A stretch of 63,281 nucleotides of DNA, counting the filler, from Actinomycetota bacterium (lineage in GTDB: Bacteria > Actinomycetota > Acidimicrobiia > IMCC26256 > VFJJ01): NCBI GenBank assembly GCA_009886115.1. It is 4 parts of 4 records of this genome, joined end to end, with 100 filler letters (N's around TTAATTAATTAA, not from the genome) between each part and the next. Parts side by side here need not be neighbours in the genome. Positions count along the whole stretch, not along the records: positions 1 to 25,100 come from VFJJ01000146.1; 3 more parts are not named here. The stretch is one strand, 5' to 3'. Shown here piece after piece: positions 1 to 8,818 of this stretch. Both the position numbers and the translations under genes were made by a program. The notes under the pieces are model-generated. The model was not told the origin of the DNA. It made no database searches and saw only the letters and a list, made by a program, of their open reading frames with translations. How positions within the stretch are numbered: the stretch's first letter is position 1; each line of letters opens with the position of its first letter.

Positions 1-320
1 AGCTTGGTCAGGTTCACCGTCGCCAGGGCCGGCAGCAGGTACCGGTCGATCATCCCCCGGGTCTCGAGCACGGTCTTGGGCGAGAAGTCGGCCCGTGCGT
101 GCTCGAACCAACGCTCGAGCAGCTCCCCCACCGTCGCACCCGGCGTCGCCAGCCCGTGACGGTCGGCGTCCGCCACCATCGCGGCGAGCGCCCGCTGGGC
201 CTCACGTTTGCCGCCGCGCACGGTCCGGTTCGCCCATTGCTTCTTGCCGTCGACCGGGTTCCGGCCGATGTACACGCGCAGCTCCCACGAGTTTCCTCGC
301 TGACGCATGAAGCCAGCCAT
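1..320 (-). CDS. Tyrosine recombinase/phage-type integrase, N-terminal part (runs off window start)
   Basis: Not in ORF track. Manual translation from ATG at 320: MAGFMRQRGNSWELRVYIGRNPVDGKKQWANRTVRGGKREAQRALAAMV...TVGELLERWFEH...SPKTVLETRGMIDRYLLPALA, resembling an arm-binding plus core-binding N-terminus; next to a tRNA 3' end. Confidence 0.85.
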   Translation of the reverse strand, partial: MAGFMRQRGNSWELRVYIGRNPVDGKKQWANRTVRGGKREAQRALAAMVADADRHGLATPGATVGELLERWFEHARADFSPKTVLETRGMIDRYLLPALATVNLTK

Positions 321-365
321 CTGCGACTCCCCTGCTCGGTCCTGCGAGGCCAATTCCGACGAGAG

Positions 366-386
366 GGATTGGCAAAGGATTGGCAA
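366..386. repeat. Tandem direct repeat GGATTGGCAA x2, candidate integrase arm-type sites
   Basis: Exact 10-mers at 366-375 and 377-386 between integrase start and tRNA-Glu 3' end. Confidence 0.55.
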
Positions 387-446
387 GATGGTAGCAAGAA
401 GGGCGGCCTCCGCGTGGGAGACCGCCCTTGACCTGGTGATACCGAG

Positions 447-519
447 CAGCCCGTACGGGATTCGAACCCGTGTCGCCACCTTGAGAGGGTGGTGTCCTAG
501 GCCCCTAGACGAACGGGCC
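447..519 (-). tRNA. tRNA-Glu (anticodon CTC), CCA not encoded
   Basis: GGCCCGTTCGTCTAGGGGCCTAGGACACCACCCTCTCAAGGTGGCGACACGGGTTCGAATCCCGTACGGGCTG folds as a cloverleaf with GGTTCGAATCC T-arm. Confidence 0.97.
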
Positions 520-610
520 CCGTGGTGAAACCGGGGGTGGTGCGGCTGCTTGCGGCGGCGCACCCTAGCTGGGGGCGTCGCCAGCGACGAAAAGCACACG
601 CTCGTCGCAG

Positions 611-682
611 CTCGGGGGGAAGGACTCGAACCCTCAAGGGCAGGACCAGAACCTGCTGTGTTACCTATTACACCACCCCCGA
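611..682 (-). tRNA. tRNA-Gln (anticodon CTG), U1-A72
   Basis: TCGGGGGTGGTGTAATAGGTAACACAGCAGGTTCTGGTCCTGCCCTTGAGGGTTCGAGTCCTTCCCCCCGAG cloverleaf. Confidence 0.96.
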
Positions 683-891
683 AGGTGGCGCTGAACGCTG
701 TTGAGCAAGAGCTTGGAGAGCTCCGGGCTCGACGCACGGCAGCGGCGTGCAGGATAGCGCGCCGTCCCCTGGGGCCTCACACCCTTACACCCTGGGGACG
801 GGCCCCCACCCGGCGAGCACCTTTCGCTGAGGATGACTGGGGGCCACCTGAACGACAGGTGCTCGGATCGTCGGATCGATCGCGCCCCACC

Positions 892-1533
892 TCAGCCGAA
901 CAGGCGGCTCATCCGACCGAAGCCGATGAGCCGGCCTGTTCCCACGGCCAGGGTCTCCTGGGCGACACGTCCCAGGGGCGGACGGGCGTCCGGCTCGGCC
1001 GGCGAGGTGGTGGCGTCGAGGCCCACGTCGCCGGCGATGCCGGCCGCGCGAGCCAGGTGATACCCGTCGGACACCAGCACGACCGAGGTGACGGAGCGTT
1101 CGCGCAAGAAGCGGGCCGTGGCCACGATCGACTCCCAGGTCGAACGGCCGGTGGTCTCGCGCAGGATCGCCGTGTCGGGCACACCGCGAGCGATGAGGTA
1201 GTTGGCTGAGGCCGTCGCCTCGGTGAATCGATCACCAGTTGCCCGGCCCCCCGTCACCACGACCAACGGCGCCAAACCGTCGCGGTACAGGTCGGCCGCG
1301 TGCTCGAGCCTGCGTTCGAGCACGTGTGACGGCCGACCGTCGTACTGCGCTGCGCCGAGCACGACGATCGCCTCGGCAGTGCGCGCCCGCTCCGAGGTGG
1401 CCGTCCGCCAGACCGAGACGAACGTGACCGCCACGTAGATCGCGACGAACGCCCCCACCAGCGCGAGGAGCGCCCACCACCGCCGGAACCCCCGAAGCCG
1501 CCAGAACCGCCGGACGCGAACGACGGGCCGCAC
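892..1533 (-). CDS. YdcF/DUF218 family membrane-anchored protein
   Basis: N-terminal TM; AIVVLGAAQYDGRPS, VVTGG, TEA, STWES, VLVSDGYHLAR motifs. Confidence 0.85.
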   Translation of the reverse strand: MRPVVRVRRFWRLRGFRRWWALLALVGAFVAIYVAVTFVSVWRTATSERARTAEAIVVLGAAQYDGRPSHVLERRLEHAADLYRDGLAPLVVVTGGRATGDRFTEATASANYLIARGVPDTAILRETTGRSTWESIVATARFLRERSVTSVVLVSDGYHLARAAGIAGDVGLDATTSPAEPDARPPLGRVAQETLAVGTGRLIGFGRMSRLFG

Positions 1534-1537
1534 CCGC

Positions 1538-2989
1538 TCAGCCCAGCCGGGCTCGCGCCGATCGCAACCGACCCAGCGTTCGATCGCGGCCCAGCGCGTG
1601 CATGGCGTCGAACAGCGGCAGGCCCGAGTGGCGGCCCTCGACCACGGCGTACAGCGCGCTCATCACCGTGCGGGGCTTGAGCCCCAGCGCGGCGATCACC
1701 GGTTGCAGCGAGATGGCCTCGACGGTCCAGGCGCAGGTCTCGACGTGGACGATGACCGCTTCGATCACGTCGGTCACGCGCTCGGTGGCCACGACCACGT
1801 CCCACGAGTCGTCGGCGATGCGGAACGACGACTCGTCGCAGAAGAGGAAGGCCACGAACCCGGGAACCTCGGCCAGGGTCACCAGCCGCTTCTGGGCCAC
1901 GCCCAGGAGCGCCGCGAACTCGGGCGCATCGACGTCGACCGACGCGGCCGCAGCGTCGCCACGTGCCGTGGCGGAACGGCACCAACAGCCGGCGCGAGCG
2001 ACGAGCTCCGACACCGGCAGCGCCCGCAGGTACTCGCCGTTCATCCAGTCGAGCTTGTCGTGGTCGAAGAACGCGGGGCTGTGGTTGACCCGGCCAAGGT
2101 CGAAGTCGGTGACGACCTCGGTCACCGGGCGCACCTCCGACCCCTCGGCCGGAGCCGGGAACCCCAGCAACGACAAGTAGTTGACGAGTGCCTCGGGCAG
2201 ATACCCCGCGTCGCGGAAGTCTTCGACGGCCACGGCGCCGTGGCGTTTCGAGAGCTTGGCCCGGTCGTGGCCCACGAGCAGCGGGAGGTGCGCGTACACC
2301 GGAGCGCCCGGGTGACCGAGCGCGGCCCTGATGGCCAGCACCCGGTGCGTCGAGTCGAGGAGGTCCTCGCCCCTGATCACGTGCGTGATGCCCATATCGG
2401 CGTCGTCGACGGCATTGGCGAGGTAGAAGACGGCGTCGCCCGACGAGCGCACGATCATGAAGTCGGCGATGGTGTCCCATGGCGCCGCCACATGGCCCCG
2501 CACGACATCGTCGAACTCGGCGGTGCCCGAGGTGGGCGTGCGAAACCAGATCGAGCGGGAGCGATCGTCGCTGGGGAGGCCCGGCCCGATCTCCATCGCC
2601 CGCTCGTGAAAGCGCGGCACGCCCCCATCGGTCTTTGCGGTCTGGCGCTCGGCGTCGAGCTCGGCCTCGGTCAACCAGCTCTCGTACGCCGCTCCCGAGG
2701 CGACCAGCTGCTCGGCGGCGTCGAGGTAGCGCCCGAGACGATCGCCTTGGCGGTACGGGCCTTCGTCCCAGTCGAGGCCCAGCCAGCGCAGGGTGGCCTG
2801 GATCCCGTCGACCCACTCTTCGCGGGTGCGATCGCGGTCGGTGTCCTCGATGCGCAGCACGAAGGTTGCTCCGTGGTGCCGAGCGAAGAGCCAGTTGAAC
2901 AGCGCCGTGCGGGTCCCGCCGACGTGGAGGAAGCCCGTGGGCGACGGCGCGAAGCGCACGCGAATCGTGGGGTCGGTCTCGTGGGTCAT
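1538..2989 (-). CDS. gltX: Glutamate--tRNA ligase
   Basis: RVRFAPSPTGFLHVGG (HIGH), LRIEDTD, ITHVIRGED, KLSKRHG (KMSKS); start placed at MTHETD. Confidence 0.97.
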   Translation of the reverse strand: MTHETDPTIRVRFAPSPTGFLHVGGTRTALFNWLFARHHGATFVLRIEDTDRDRTREEWVDGIQATLRWLGLDWDEGPYRQGDRLGRYLDAAEQLVASGAAYESWLTEAELDAERQTAKTDGGVPRFHERAMEIGPGLPSDDRSRSIWFRTPTSGTAEFDDVVRGHVAAPWDTIADFMIVRSSGDAVFYLANAVDDADMGITHVIRGEDLLDSTHRVLAIRAALGHPGAPVYAHLPLLVGHDRAKLSKRHGAVAVEDFRDAGYLPEALVNYLSLLGFPAPAEGSEVRPVTEVVTDFDLGRVNHSPAFFDHDKLDWMNGEYLRALPVSELVARAGCWCRSATARGDAAAASVDVDAPEFAALLGVAQKRLVTLAEVPGFVAFLFCDESSFRIADDSWDVVVATERVTDVIEAVIVHVETCAWTVEAISLQPVIAALGLKPRTVMSALYAVVEGRHSGLPLFDAMHALGRDRTLGRLRSARARLG

Positions 2990-3040
2990 GGGAGCCCGAG
3001 TGTACGGGAGGGGCCCGTCGCCCAAGGGACGGGAATTGTC

Positions 3041-3066
3041 GAGGGACCCGCCGAAGCGGGTCCCTC
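3041..3066 (-). terminator. GC-rich hairpin with UUCG loop downstream of cold-shock gene
   Basis: GAGGGACCCGC-TTCG-GCGGGTCCCTC on minus strand; weak U-tract. Confidence 0.6.
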
Positions 3067-3117
3067 AAGAGTCATACCAATATTCGTCGGTTCAGCAGGT
3101 CTCGACAGTGTCGAGAA

Positions 3118-3321
3118 TCAGCCGATCCGGCGAACGTTGGCGGCGTTGGGGCCCTTCGGGCCGTTGGTGACCTCGAACTCGACCTTCTCGTTCTCGTTCA
3201 AGCTCCGGTACCCGGAACCCTCGATCGCTGAGAAGTGCACGAACACGTCGGCTCCGCCGTCCTGGGTGATGAACCCATAGCCCTTCTCGGCGTTGAACCA
3301 TTTTACGGTGCCAGTCGCCAC
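3118..3321 (-). CDS. cspA: Cold-shock protein (CspA family)
   Basis: [18 protein letters not shown]...DVFVHFSAI (RNP1/RNP2); GTG start with GAGGAGG Shine-Dalgarno. Confidence 0.96.
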   Translation of the reverse strand: MATGTVKWFNAEKGYGFITQDGGADVFVHFSAIEGSGYRSLNENEKVEFEVTNGPKGPNAANVRRIG

Positions 3322-3600
3322 AAGCAATCCCTCCTCTCCTGGCCGTTTTCCGGACATCTCATGGTCCGATCGGCCCTTCCGGCTCTCGCCGGCAAGTCGG
3401 GGAACTGCTCGAAGCTCGCTTACGTGCCGCACCCGCGAGAGTGACTCTAGTCGGCCGCGCGCCTCACCGTCGACATCTCCGAAGAATGTGTCCGGAGCCT
3501 GGAACCAAGGTGTCGATCTTCGCCGAGCGAAGCGAGGTCTCGACGTCGCCCGCGACGGCGCCGCAGGCGCCTTGGAGCCGCAGGCGCCTTGGAGCCGGTA

Positions 3601-5310
3601 CTAGTAACGCGTGAGGACGAACGTGCCTCCCGGTGTACCGCCACCCGCCGACACCACGGCCACCTCGGGGGTGCCGGGAACCTGACGGGCGCCACCGTCG
3701 CCCCGGAGTTGCACGCACGCCTCGTGCAGGAATCCGTAGCCGTGGAGGCGTCCGGCCGAGAGCTGCCCGCCGTGGGTGTTCAAGGGGAGCTCGCCGTCGA
3801 GCGCGATACGGTGACCGCCCTCGACGAACGGACCGCCCTCGCCGATCTCGCAGAAACCGAGCTGCTCGATCCACGACAGGCAGTTGAAGCTGAAGCCGTC
3901 GTAGAGCTCGACGACGTCGACGTCGGACGGGCGGAGATCGGTGCGCTCCCACAGGTGCCGGGCCGCCCCTTGCAGCAACGGCTCGTGGATGAGCGTCCCC
4001 TGATCCCACGAGACCCGCTCGGTGAGCGCCGTTCCCACAGCCTCGAAGCGGATGGGTGTGGTCGGAGCATCAGCGGCGGTCTCGACCGCCGAGACGATCA
4101 CCGCCACCGCTCCGTCGCAGGGAACGTCGCAGTCGTAGAGCCCGAACGGGCTGGAGATCATGCGAGCCGACAGGTAGTCATCCATCGTCAGCGGGTCTTT
4201 GTAGACGGCCCAGGGGTTCAGGGCAGCGTTGCGTCGGGCATTCAGCGCGATCGCTCCCAGGTGCTCGCGCTTGGTGCCGAAGCGGTGGAAGTGCCGGCTC
4301 GCTTGCAGCGCGATCCAACTCGCCGCCGACACCGCGCCGTAGGGGATGCGATGGGCGGCGTCGCCGCCGACCCGTCCACCGGACGGACGGACCACACCGG
4401 TCTTGAGGAGCTGATCGTGGGTCGACTCCCAGACGCACCGGTAGCACAGCACGTGCCGGCACAGGCCCGACGCCACGGCCAGCATGGCGTTGACGACCGA
4501 GCCGGTCTGGCCCGAGGTCTCGATGCCGCCCGAATGCCAGGCGGGGCGCAGGTCGAGCATCTCGACGACCTCGCTCACCGAGCCCCCGCTGAACCCGCCG
4601 CCCACCGACATGCCCGGATACGACGAGACGCCGTCGATGTCGTCGATGGTGAGGCCGGCGTCGGCCACGGCGGCCAGGGCCGCTTCGGCGATGAGACCGC
4701 GGGGGTCGCGCATGAGCCGGCGGCCGACCTGTGACATGCCGATCCCGCTGATGACCGACCGGTCCTCGAACTTCTCGCTCGCCCGGAAGCGGCGCGACTC
4801 GCGTTGGTGGACGGGATGGTCGGGGGTGTCGGTCGCCAGGCGCGGCGGCTCGCCAGGGATGGGCCTGAACAGGGGGAACCAGACGGCGTCCTGGTGCTCG
4901 AACGTGACCTCGACCCGCATCCCGATCACCACGGCCTCGATCGGGCAGCCCACGATGTTGGTGGTGATGCGGACGTCGGGGTCGTCGTCGAGCTGGACGA
5001 CGGCGATCACGTACGGTGGAACGAAGCCGGGCAGCCACTGATGATGGTTGACGGTGAAGCCGGCGACGGTCGCCCGTCCGGAGACCTCGGCGATGCCCAT
5101 GTCGAAGCTGCGACAGACCAGGCACACCGGGCCCGAAGGATGGTTCAACCTGCCGCAGGCGTTGCAGCGCTGGATGCGCAGGGTCCCATCGGCCCCACCG
5201 GTCCAATAGAACTCGGTCCACGGATAGACCTGCGGTTGCGGACGATTCGGGGGAGCCGGCTCAGCACCCGTGGCGTCGGCGTCGGCATCAGCTCGTTCGT
5301 TCGCAGGCAT
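3601..5310 (-). CDS. DUF35 (Zn-ribbon + OB-fold) fused to SCP2-type thiolase-like domain
   Basis: N-term IQRCNACG...PVCLVC and OB fold; C-term LYDCDVPCDGA, ELYDGF, LNTHGGQLSAG. Confidence 0.88.
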   Translation of the reverse strand: MPANERADADADATGAEPAPPNRPQPQVYPWTEFYWTGGADGTLRIQRCNACGRLNHPSGPVCLVCRSFDMGIAEVSGRATVAGFTVNHHQWLPGFVPPYVIAVVQLDDDPDVRITTNIVGCPIEAVVIGMRVEVTFEHQDAVWFPLFRPIPGEPPRLATDTPDHPVHQRESRRFRASEKFEDRSVISGIGMSQVGRRLMRDPRGLIAEAALAAVADAGLTIDDIDGVSSYPGMSVGGGFSGGSVSEVVEMLDLRPAWHSGGIETSGQTGSVVNAMLAVASGLCRHVLCYRCVWESTHDQLLKTGVVRPSGGRVGGDAAHRIPYGAVSAASWIALQASRHFHRFGTKREHLGAIALNARRNAALNPWAVYKDPLTMDDYLSARMISSPFGLYDCDVPCDGAVAVIVSAVETAADAPTTPIRFEAVGTALTERVSWDQGTLIHEPLLQGAARHLWERTDLRPSDVDVVELYDGFSFNCLSWIEQLGFCEIGEGGPFVEGGHRIALDGELPLNTHGGQLSAGRLHGYGFLHEACVQLRGDGGARQVPGTPEVAVVSAGGGTPGGTFVLTRY

Positions 5311-5312
5311 GG

Positions 5313-6461
5313 TCAGGCTCCCCGTCGGCTGAGCGACTCGTACACGGCTTGTTGGAGCAGATACCCGCGCAGGTCGATGTCGGCCCCGAGGCGAATCTCG
5401 TTCTGGGTGTAGGAGAAGCCGACGCGGTTGTCGGTGTCGGCGAAGCCGCACGAGCCGCCCATCCCGCTGTGACCGAAGGCTGTCGGGCTGGGGCCGTAGC
5501 TCCCCCCGACGTTCGACTGGAAGCCGAGCCGCCATTCCAGCTCCATGCCCAGCACGAGGTTCATGCCGCTGTTCTGCGGCTGGCGCGCCCGGTCGATGGC
5601 TTCGGTGCTGAGCAGTCGCAGCCCGTCGAGCTCACCGCCCCGGGCCAGCACGCCATAGACCCGGGCCACACCCCGGGCGTTGCCGTGGCCGTTGGCTCCG
5701 GGGATCTCGGCGCTCCGCCATGCTGGCAAGTTCGAGATCTTCGAGCTGACGGGCTGGTTGCCCATGGCCGCCCGTCCGACCTCAGGCAGGCTCGCTGTGA
5801 AGTCAGCCGCGCCGTTGCCCACCCCGGGTAGGTCGGTGAGGGGTGCGACCCGGCCGTGCTCGCTCTCGGGAAGGCCGATGTGGAAATCGGCGCCGAGCGG
5901 ACCGGCGACCTCCTCGGCGAAGAACCGTCCGACCGAACGACCGTCGATGCGCCGGATCACCTCTCCCACCAGGAAACCGTAGGTGACGGCGTGGTAGCCG
6001 GTGGCCGTGCCCGGCTCCCACCACGGCTCCTGGGCGGCCAGACGGGCACACGCCCCGTCCCAGCCGCAGAGCTCCTCGAGCGTGATGCGCTCACGGAAGG
6101 CGGCCATCCCCGCCTTGTGGTTGAGCAGCATGCTGACGGGGATGCGCTCCTTGCCGGCCGCAGCGAACTCGGGCCAGTAGCGCGCCACCGGGGCGTCGAG
6201 GTCGAGCAGGCCCCGGTCGACGAGCATGTGGGCGCACAGGGCCACCATGCCCTTGGTCGTGGAGTACACGTTGACGATCGAGTCGCGCTGCCACGGAGTC
6301 GAGCGCTGCGGGTCGACGTGGCCGCCCCACAGATCGACGACCATCTCGCCGTCGACCACCACCGCCACCGAGGCGCCGAGGTCGGCGAGGTCGGTGAAGT
6401 TCCGCTCGAAAGCGGCTCGCACCCCGTGGAAACGTTCGTCGCAGTACCCGTCCACCGTCAT
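5313..6461 (-). CDS. Serine hydrolase, beta-lactamase/EstB-like family
   Basis: SxxK (YSTTK), YWPEF, WWEPG, YHA, FGHSGMGGS. Confidence 0.92.
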   Translation of the reverse strand: MTVDGYCDERFHGVRAAFERNFTDLADLGASVAVVVDGEMVVDLWGGHVDPQRSTPWQRDSIVNVYSTTKGMVALCAHMLVDRGLLDLDAPVARYWPEFAAAGKERIPVSMLLNHKAGMAAFRERITLEELCGWDGACARLAAQEPWWEPGTATGYHAVTYGFLVGEVIRRIDGRSVGRFFAEEVAGPLGADFHIGLPESEHGRVAPLTDLPGVGNGAADFTASLPEVGRAAMGNQPVSSKISNLPAWRSAEIPGANGHGNARGVARVYGVLARGGELDGLRLLSTEAIDRARQPQNSGMNLVLGMELEWRLGFQSNVGGSYGPSPTAFGHSGMGGSCGFADTDNRVGFSYTQNEIRLGADIDLRGYLLQQAVYESLSRRGA

Positions 6462-6553
6462 CGTGGCCCCTTCCGGTTGCCGTGCAGTCAAGCACTCGTC
6501 TAGACGGAGGACCCACCCGGAGCGACGGGCTCCGCCCCCGACCGGAGGAACCG

Positions 6554-7003
6554 ATGGACGACCTCACCAAGCTGCTGGCGATCGAGGAGATCAAGCAGGT
6601 GAAGGCCCGCTACTTCCGCACCATGGACACCAAGGACTGGGACGGCTACGCCGAGGTCTTCGCCCCCGATGCCGTGATGGACATGCGCTCCGAGGGCTCG
6701 CGCGACGGTGTGGCACGCGACGAGATGGTCACCACCGGCAACCGGGCGATCGCCGAGTTCGTGAAGGCCGCCATCGACACCGTGACGACCGTCCACCACG
6801 GGCACATGCCGGAGGTCACGTTCACGTCCGACATGACGGCCGACGTCATCTGGGCCATGGAGGACAAGCTCCGCTGGCCCGAGGGATCGCCGATCTCGAC
6901 GTTGCACGGCTACGGCCACTACCACGAGACCTATCGCCTGGTCGACGGGGCCTGGAAGATCCAGACGCTGCGCCTCACCCGGCTCCGGATCGACGCTGTG
7001 TAG
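6554..7003 (+). CDS. NTF2/SnoaL-like protein (BaiE/LinA-like)
   Basis: IEEIKQVKARYFRTMDTKDW, TVHHGHMPE, GYGHYHETY, WKI; GGAGGA Shine-Dalgarno. Confidence 0.88.
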   Translation: MDDLTKLLAIEEIKQVKARYFRTMDTKDWDGYAEVFAPDAVMDMRSEGSRDGVARDEMVTTGNRAIAEFVKAAIDTVTTVHHGHMPEVTFTSDMTADVIWAMEDKLRWPEGSPISTLHGYGHYHETYRLVDGAWKIQTLRLTRLRIDAV

Positions 7004-7082
7004 ATGGCGACGGGCCCCGACGCCGGCGTCGGGCAGGCCCCGGCGCGGGACGGGCGCGCGCCGGGAGTCGGGGAATCGGCGA

Positions 7083-7604
7083 TCAGTGCTCGGGGGCAGC
7101 GATGAACAGGGAGCGCCAGTCGGAGGCCGCTCGGCTGCGGACCGTCTCAAGCGACAGCCGTAGGACGGCGGGATCGACGGCATCCACCGTGGCCCGGCGG
7201 GGCTCGTAGTGGTGCGCCGCATCGTGCACGAGCGGCCGCCGCCAAGCGACCTGCTCGGGGTTCGACATACCGAGCACACCGAGGATGGTGAACCCGACCT
7301 CGAGGTCGGTCGAGGTGGGAGCCCGGCCGAAGCCCGAGGCCCGTCGCATGGCGATCTCGGCGGCGACGGCCTCGACGTCGGCGCTGTGCTCGAGCGGGTC
7401 GAGCTGCAGCCGATCACGGAAGCGGACGAGGAGCGAGAGGACATAGCCCAGATCGGGTCCGGGACTGCCGAGCATCGCTCCGCTCGGCTGCGATGCGCCC
7501 AGCTCGCCCGGTCGGTCGGCTCGCCATGCTCGAGCCGGCGGGGGGCCCAGCTCAGTGCGGGGCTCGTCGGCGGTACGGGTCGCGACGTACGGGGGAACGG
7601 CCAC
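7083..7604 (-). CDS. Hypothetical protein
   Basis: GC3-biased frame, GAGGAG upstream of GTG; motifs GSPGPDLGY and RRASGFGRAP. Confidence 0.7.
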   Translation of the reverse strand: MAVPPYVATRTADEPRTELGPPPARAWRADRPGELGASQPSGAMLGSPGPDLGYVLSLLVRFRDRLQLDPLEHSADVEAVAAEIAMRRASGFGRAPTSTDLEVGFTILGVLGMSNPEQVAWRRPLVHDAAHHYEPRRATVDAVDPAVLRLSLETVRSRAASDWRSLFIAAPEH

Positions 7605-7647
7605 GGTCAAGCTCCTCGGGGATGGGCTGTGTCGGTGCGGGCTGCGT

Positions 7648-7989
7648 TCACGATCGGGGCGGGAACGACGCGGCGATCTCGTCGGTGCTGTCGACGGCCA
7701 CGAGGTCGACGCCGGTGACGCCGCCCCGATCATGGGTGCTCCAGCGGATCGTGACCCGTCCCCAGAGCACACCGAGATCGGGATGGTGCTCGGCCTGCTC
7801 GGCCACGAACGCCAGCCTCACGACGAACGCGATCGTGTCGGCGTATGACGCGAACCGCAGCTCCCGCTCTAGCCCGGCGACACCGTCGACCTCGACGACG
7901 CTCCAGCCCGGCCGTTGCCCGACGGCGGCGGCGAGCTCGTCGGCAGCGATGAGGGCACGTGAACCAGGCACGCCCTCATCGTGCCACAT
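7648..7989 (-). CDS. phhB: Pterin-4-alpha-carbinolamine dehydratase
   Basis: AEQAEHHPDL, WSTHDRGGVTGVD. Confidence 0.85.
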   Translation of the reverse strand: MWHDEGVPGSRALIAADELAAAVGQRPGWSVVEVDGVAGLERELRFASYADTIAFVVRLAFVAEQAEHHPDLGVLWGRVTIRWSTHDRGGVTGVDLVAVDSTDEIAASFPPRS

Positions 7990-8027
7990 GCGCCCCCGTC
8001 AGGCCGCTGTTCAACCTGCGTCTCAAG

Positions 8028-8043
8028 TGCTACAATGTAGAAC
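8028..8043 (+). promoter_or_regulatory. Extended -10 (TGC-TACAAT) of a probably leaderless TA operon, overlapped by CTACA-A-TGTAG palindrome
   Basis: TACAAT at 8031-8036, 7 nt before ATG 8044; inverted repeat 8030-8040. Confidence 0.7.
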
Positions 8044-8319
8044 ATGAAGGCTGTTGGAGTGCGAGAGCTCAAGCAGAACGCGTCGGCCGTCGTAGCCGAA
8101 GCGGCCGCCGGCGAGATCATCACGATCACCGTTCGGGGACGGCCCGTGGCGCAGATCGTCCCACTCCCCGACGATCGTCTGCGCGGGCTGATCTCGGCGG
8201 GGCGAGCCCGGCCGGCACGTCGCTCGCTCGACGACCTCGCACCCCCTCCGAAGCGCCGACGAGGTGCCGAACCCTTGTCGGACGTGCTCAAGCACATGCG
8301 CGCCGACGACCGAGACTGA
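8044..8319 (+). CDS. Phd/YefM family antitoxin
   Basis: VGVRELKQNASAVV...GEIITITVRGRPVA. Confidence 0.92.
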   Translation: MKAVGVRELKQNASAVVAEAAAGEIITITVRGRPVAQIVPLPDDRLRGLISAGRARPARRSLDDLAPPPKRRRGAEPLSDVLKHMRADDRD

Positions 8320-8334
8320 TCCGGCGCCCACCGC

Positions 8335-8727
8335 GTGGCGTACTACCTTGACACCTCGGCTGCGGTGAAGCTCGTGGTCGCCGAGCCCGAGACTGCGGCA
8401 CTGCTGAGGTGGCTCCGGACACCGCATCTGAAAGTGATCGCCAGCGACCTCGTGCGCACCGAGCTCCGACGAGCGACGCGCCGAGGTGCGCCTGAGGCCA
8501 TGGAACGGGCGGACACGGTCCTCGACTCGGTCACGTTGCTGACCATGAGCACGTCGGTGTTCGAGCGCGCTTGCTGGCTCGATCCTCCGATACTGCGCAG
8601 CCTCGACGCGCTGCACCTCGCTGCCGCGCTTGAGCTGGGCGACGAGCTCGAAGGAATCATCACCTACGACGATCGGCTCGCCGAAGCGGCAAGGCTTCAC
8701 GGGCATGCGGTGATCGCGCCCAAGTAG
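8335..8727 (+). CDS. vapC: VapC PIN-domain toxin
   Basis: YLDTSAAVKL, RTE, LRSLDALHLAAA, TYDDRLAEAA. Confidence 0.93.
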   Translation: MAYYLDTSAAVKLVVAEPETAALLRWLRTPHLKVIASDLVRTELRRATRRGAPEAMERADTVLDSVTLLTMSTSVFERACWLDPPILRSLDALHLAAALELGDELEGIITYDDRLAEAARLHGHAVIAPK

Positions 8728-8818
8728 GCGCTCCCGACGGTCGGCCGCGAGATAGCGGTCGGCCGTCGGGCCGCGAGTTGCCGAACTCCCGAACTACCGA
8801 ACTCCCGGGGTGGCCGAC

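Noticed and set aside
1254..3280. Long alternative-frame ORFs over gltX and many other genes
   Set aside because: Arg/Pro/Gly-rich shadow ORFs expected in high-GC DNA; no family motifs.
3561..3597. 17-bp direct repeat CCGCAGGCGCCTTGGAG x2
   Set aside because: Simple local duplication after a stop codon with no further copies seen.
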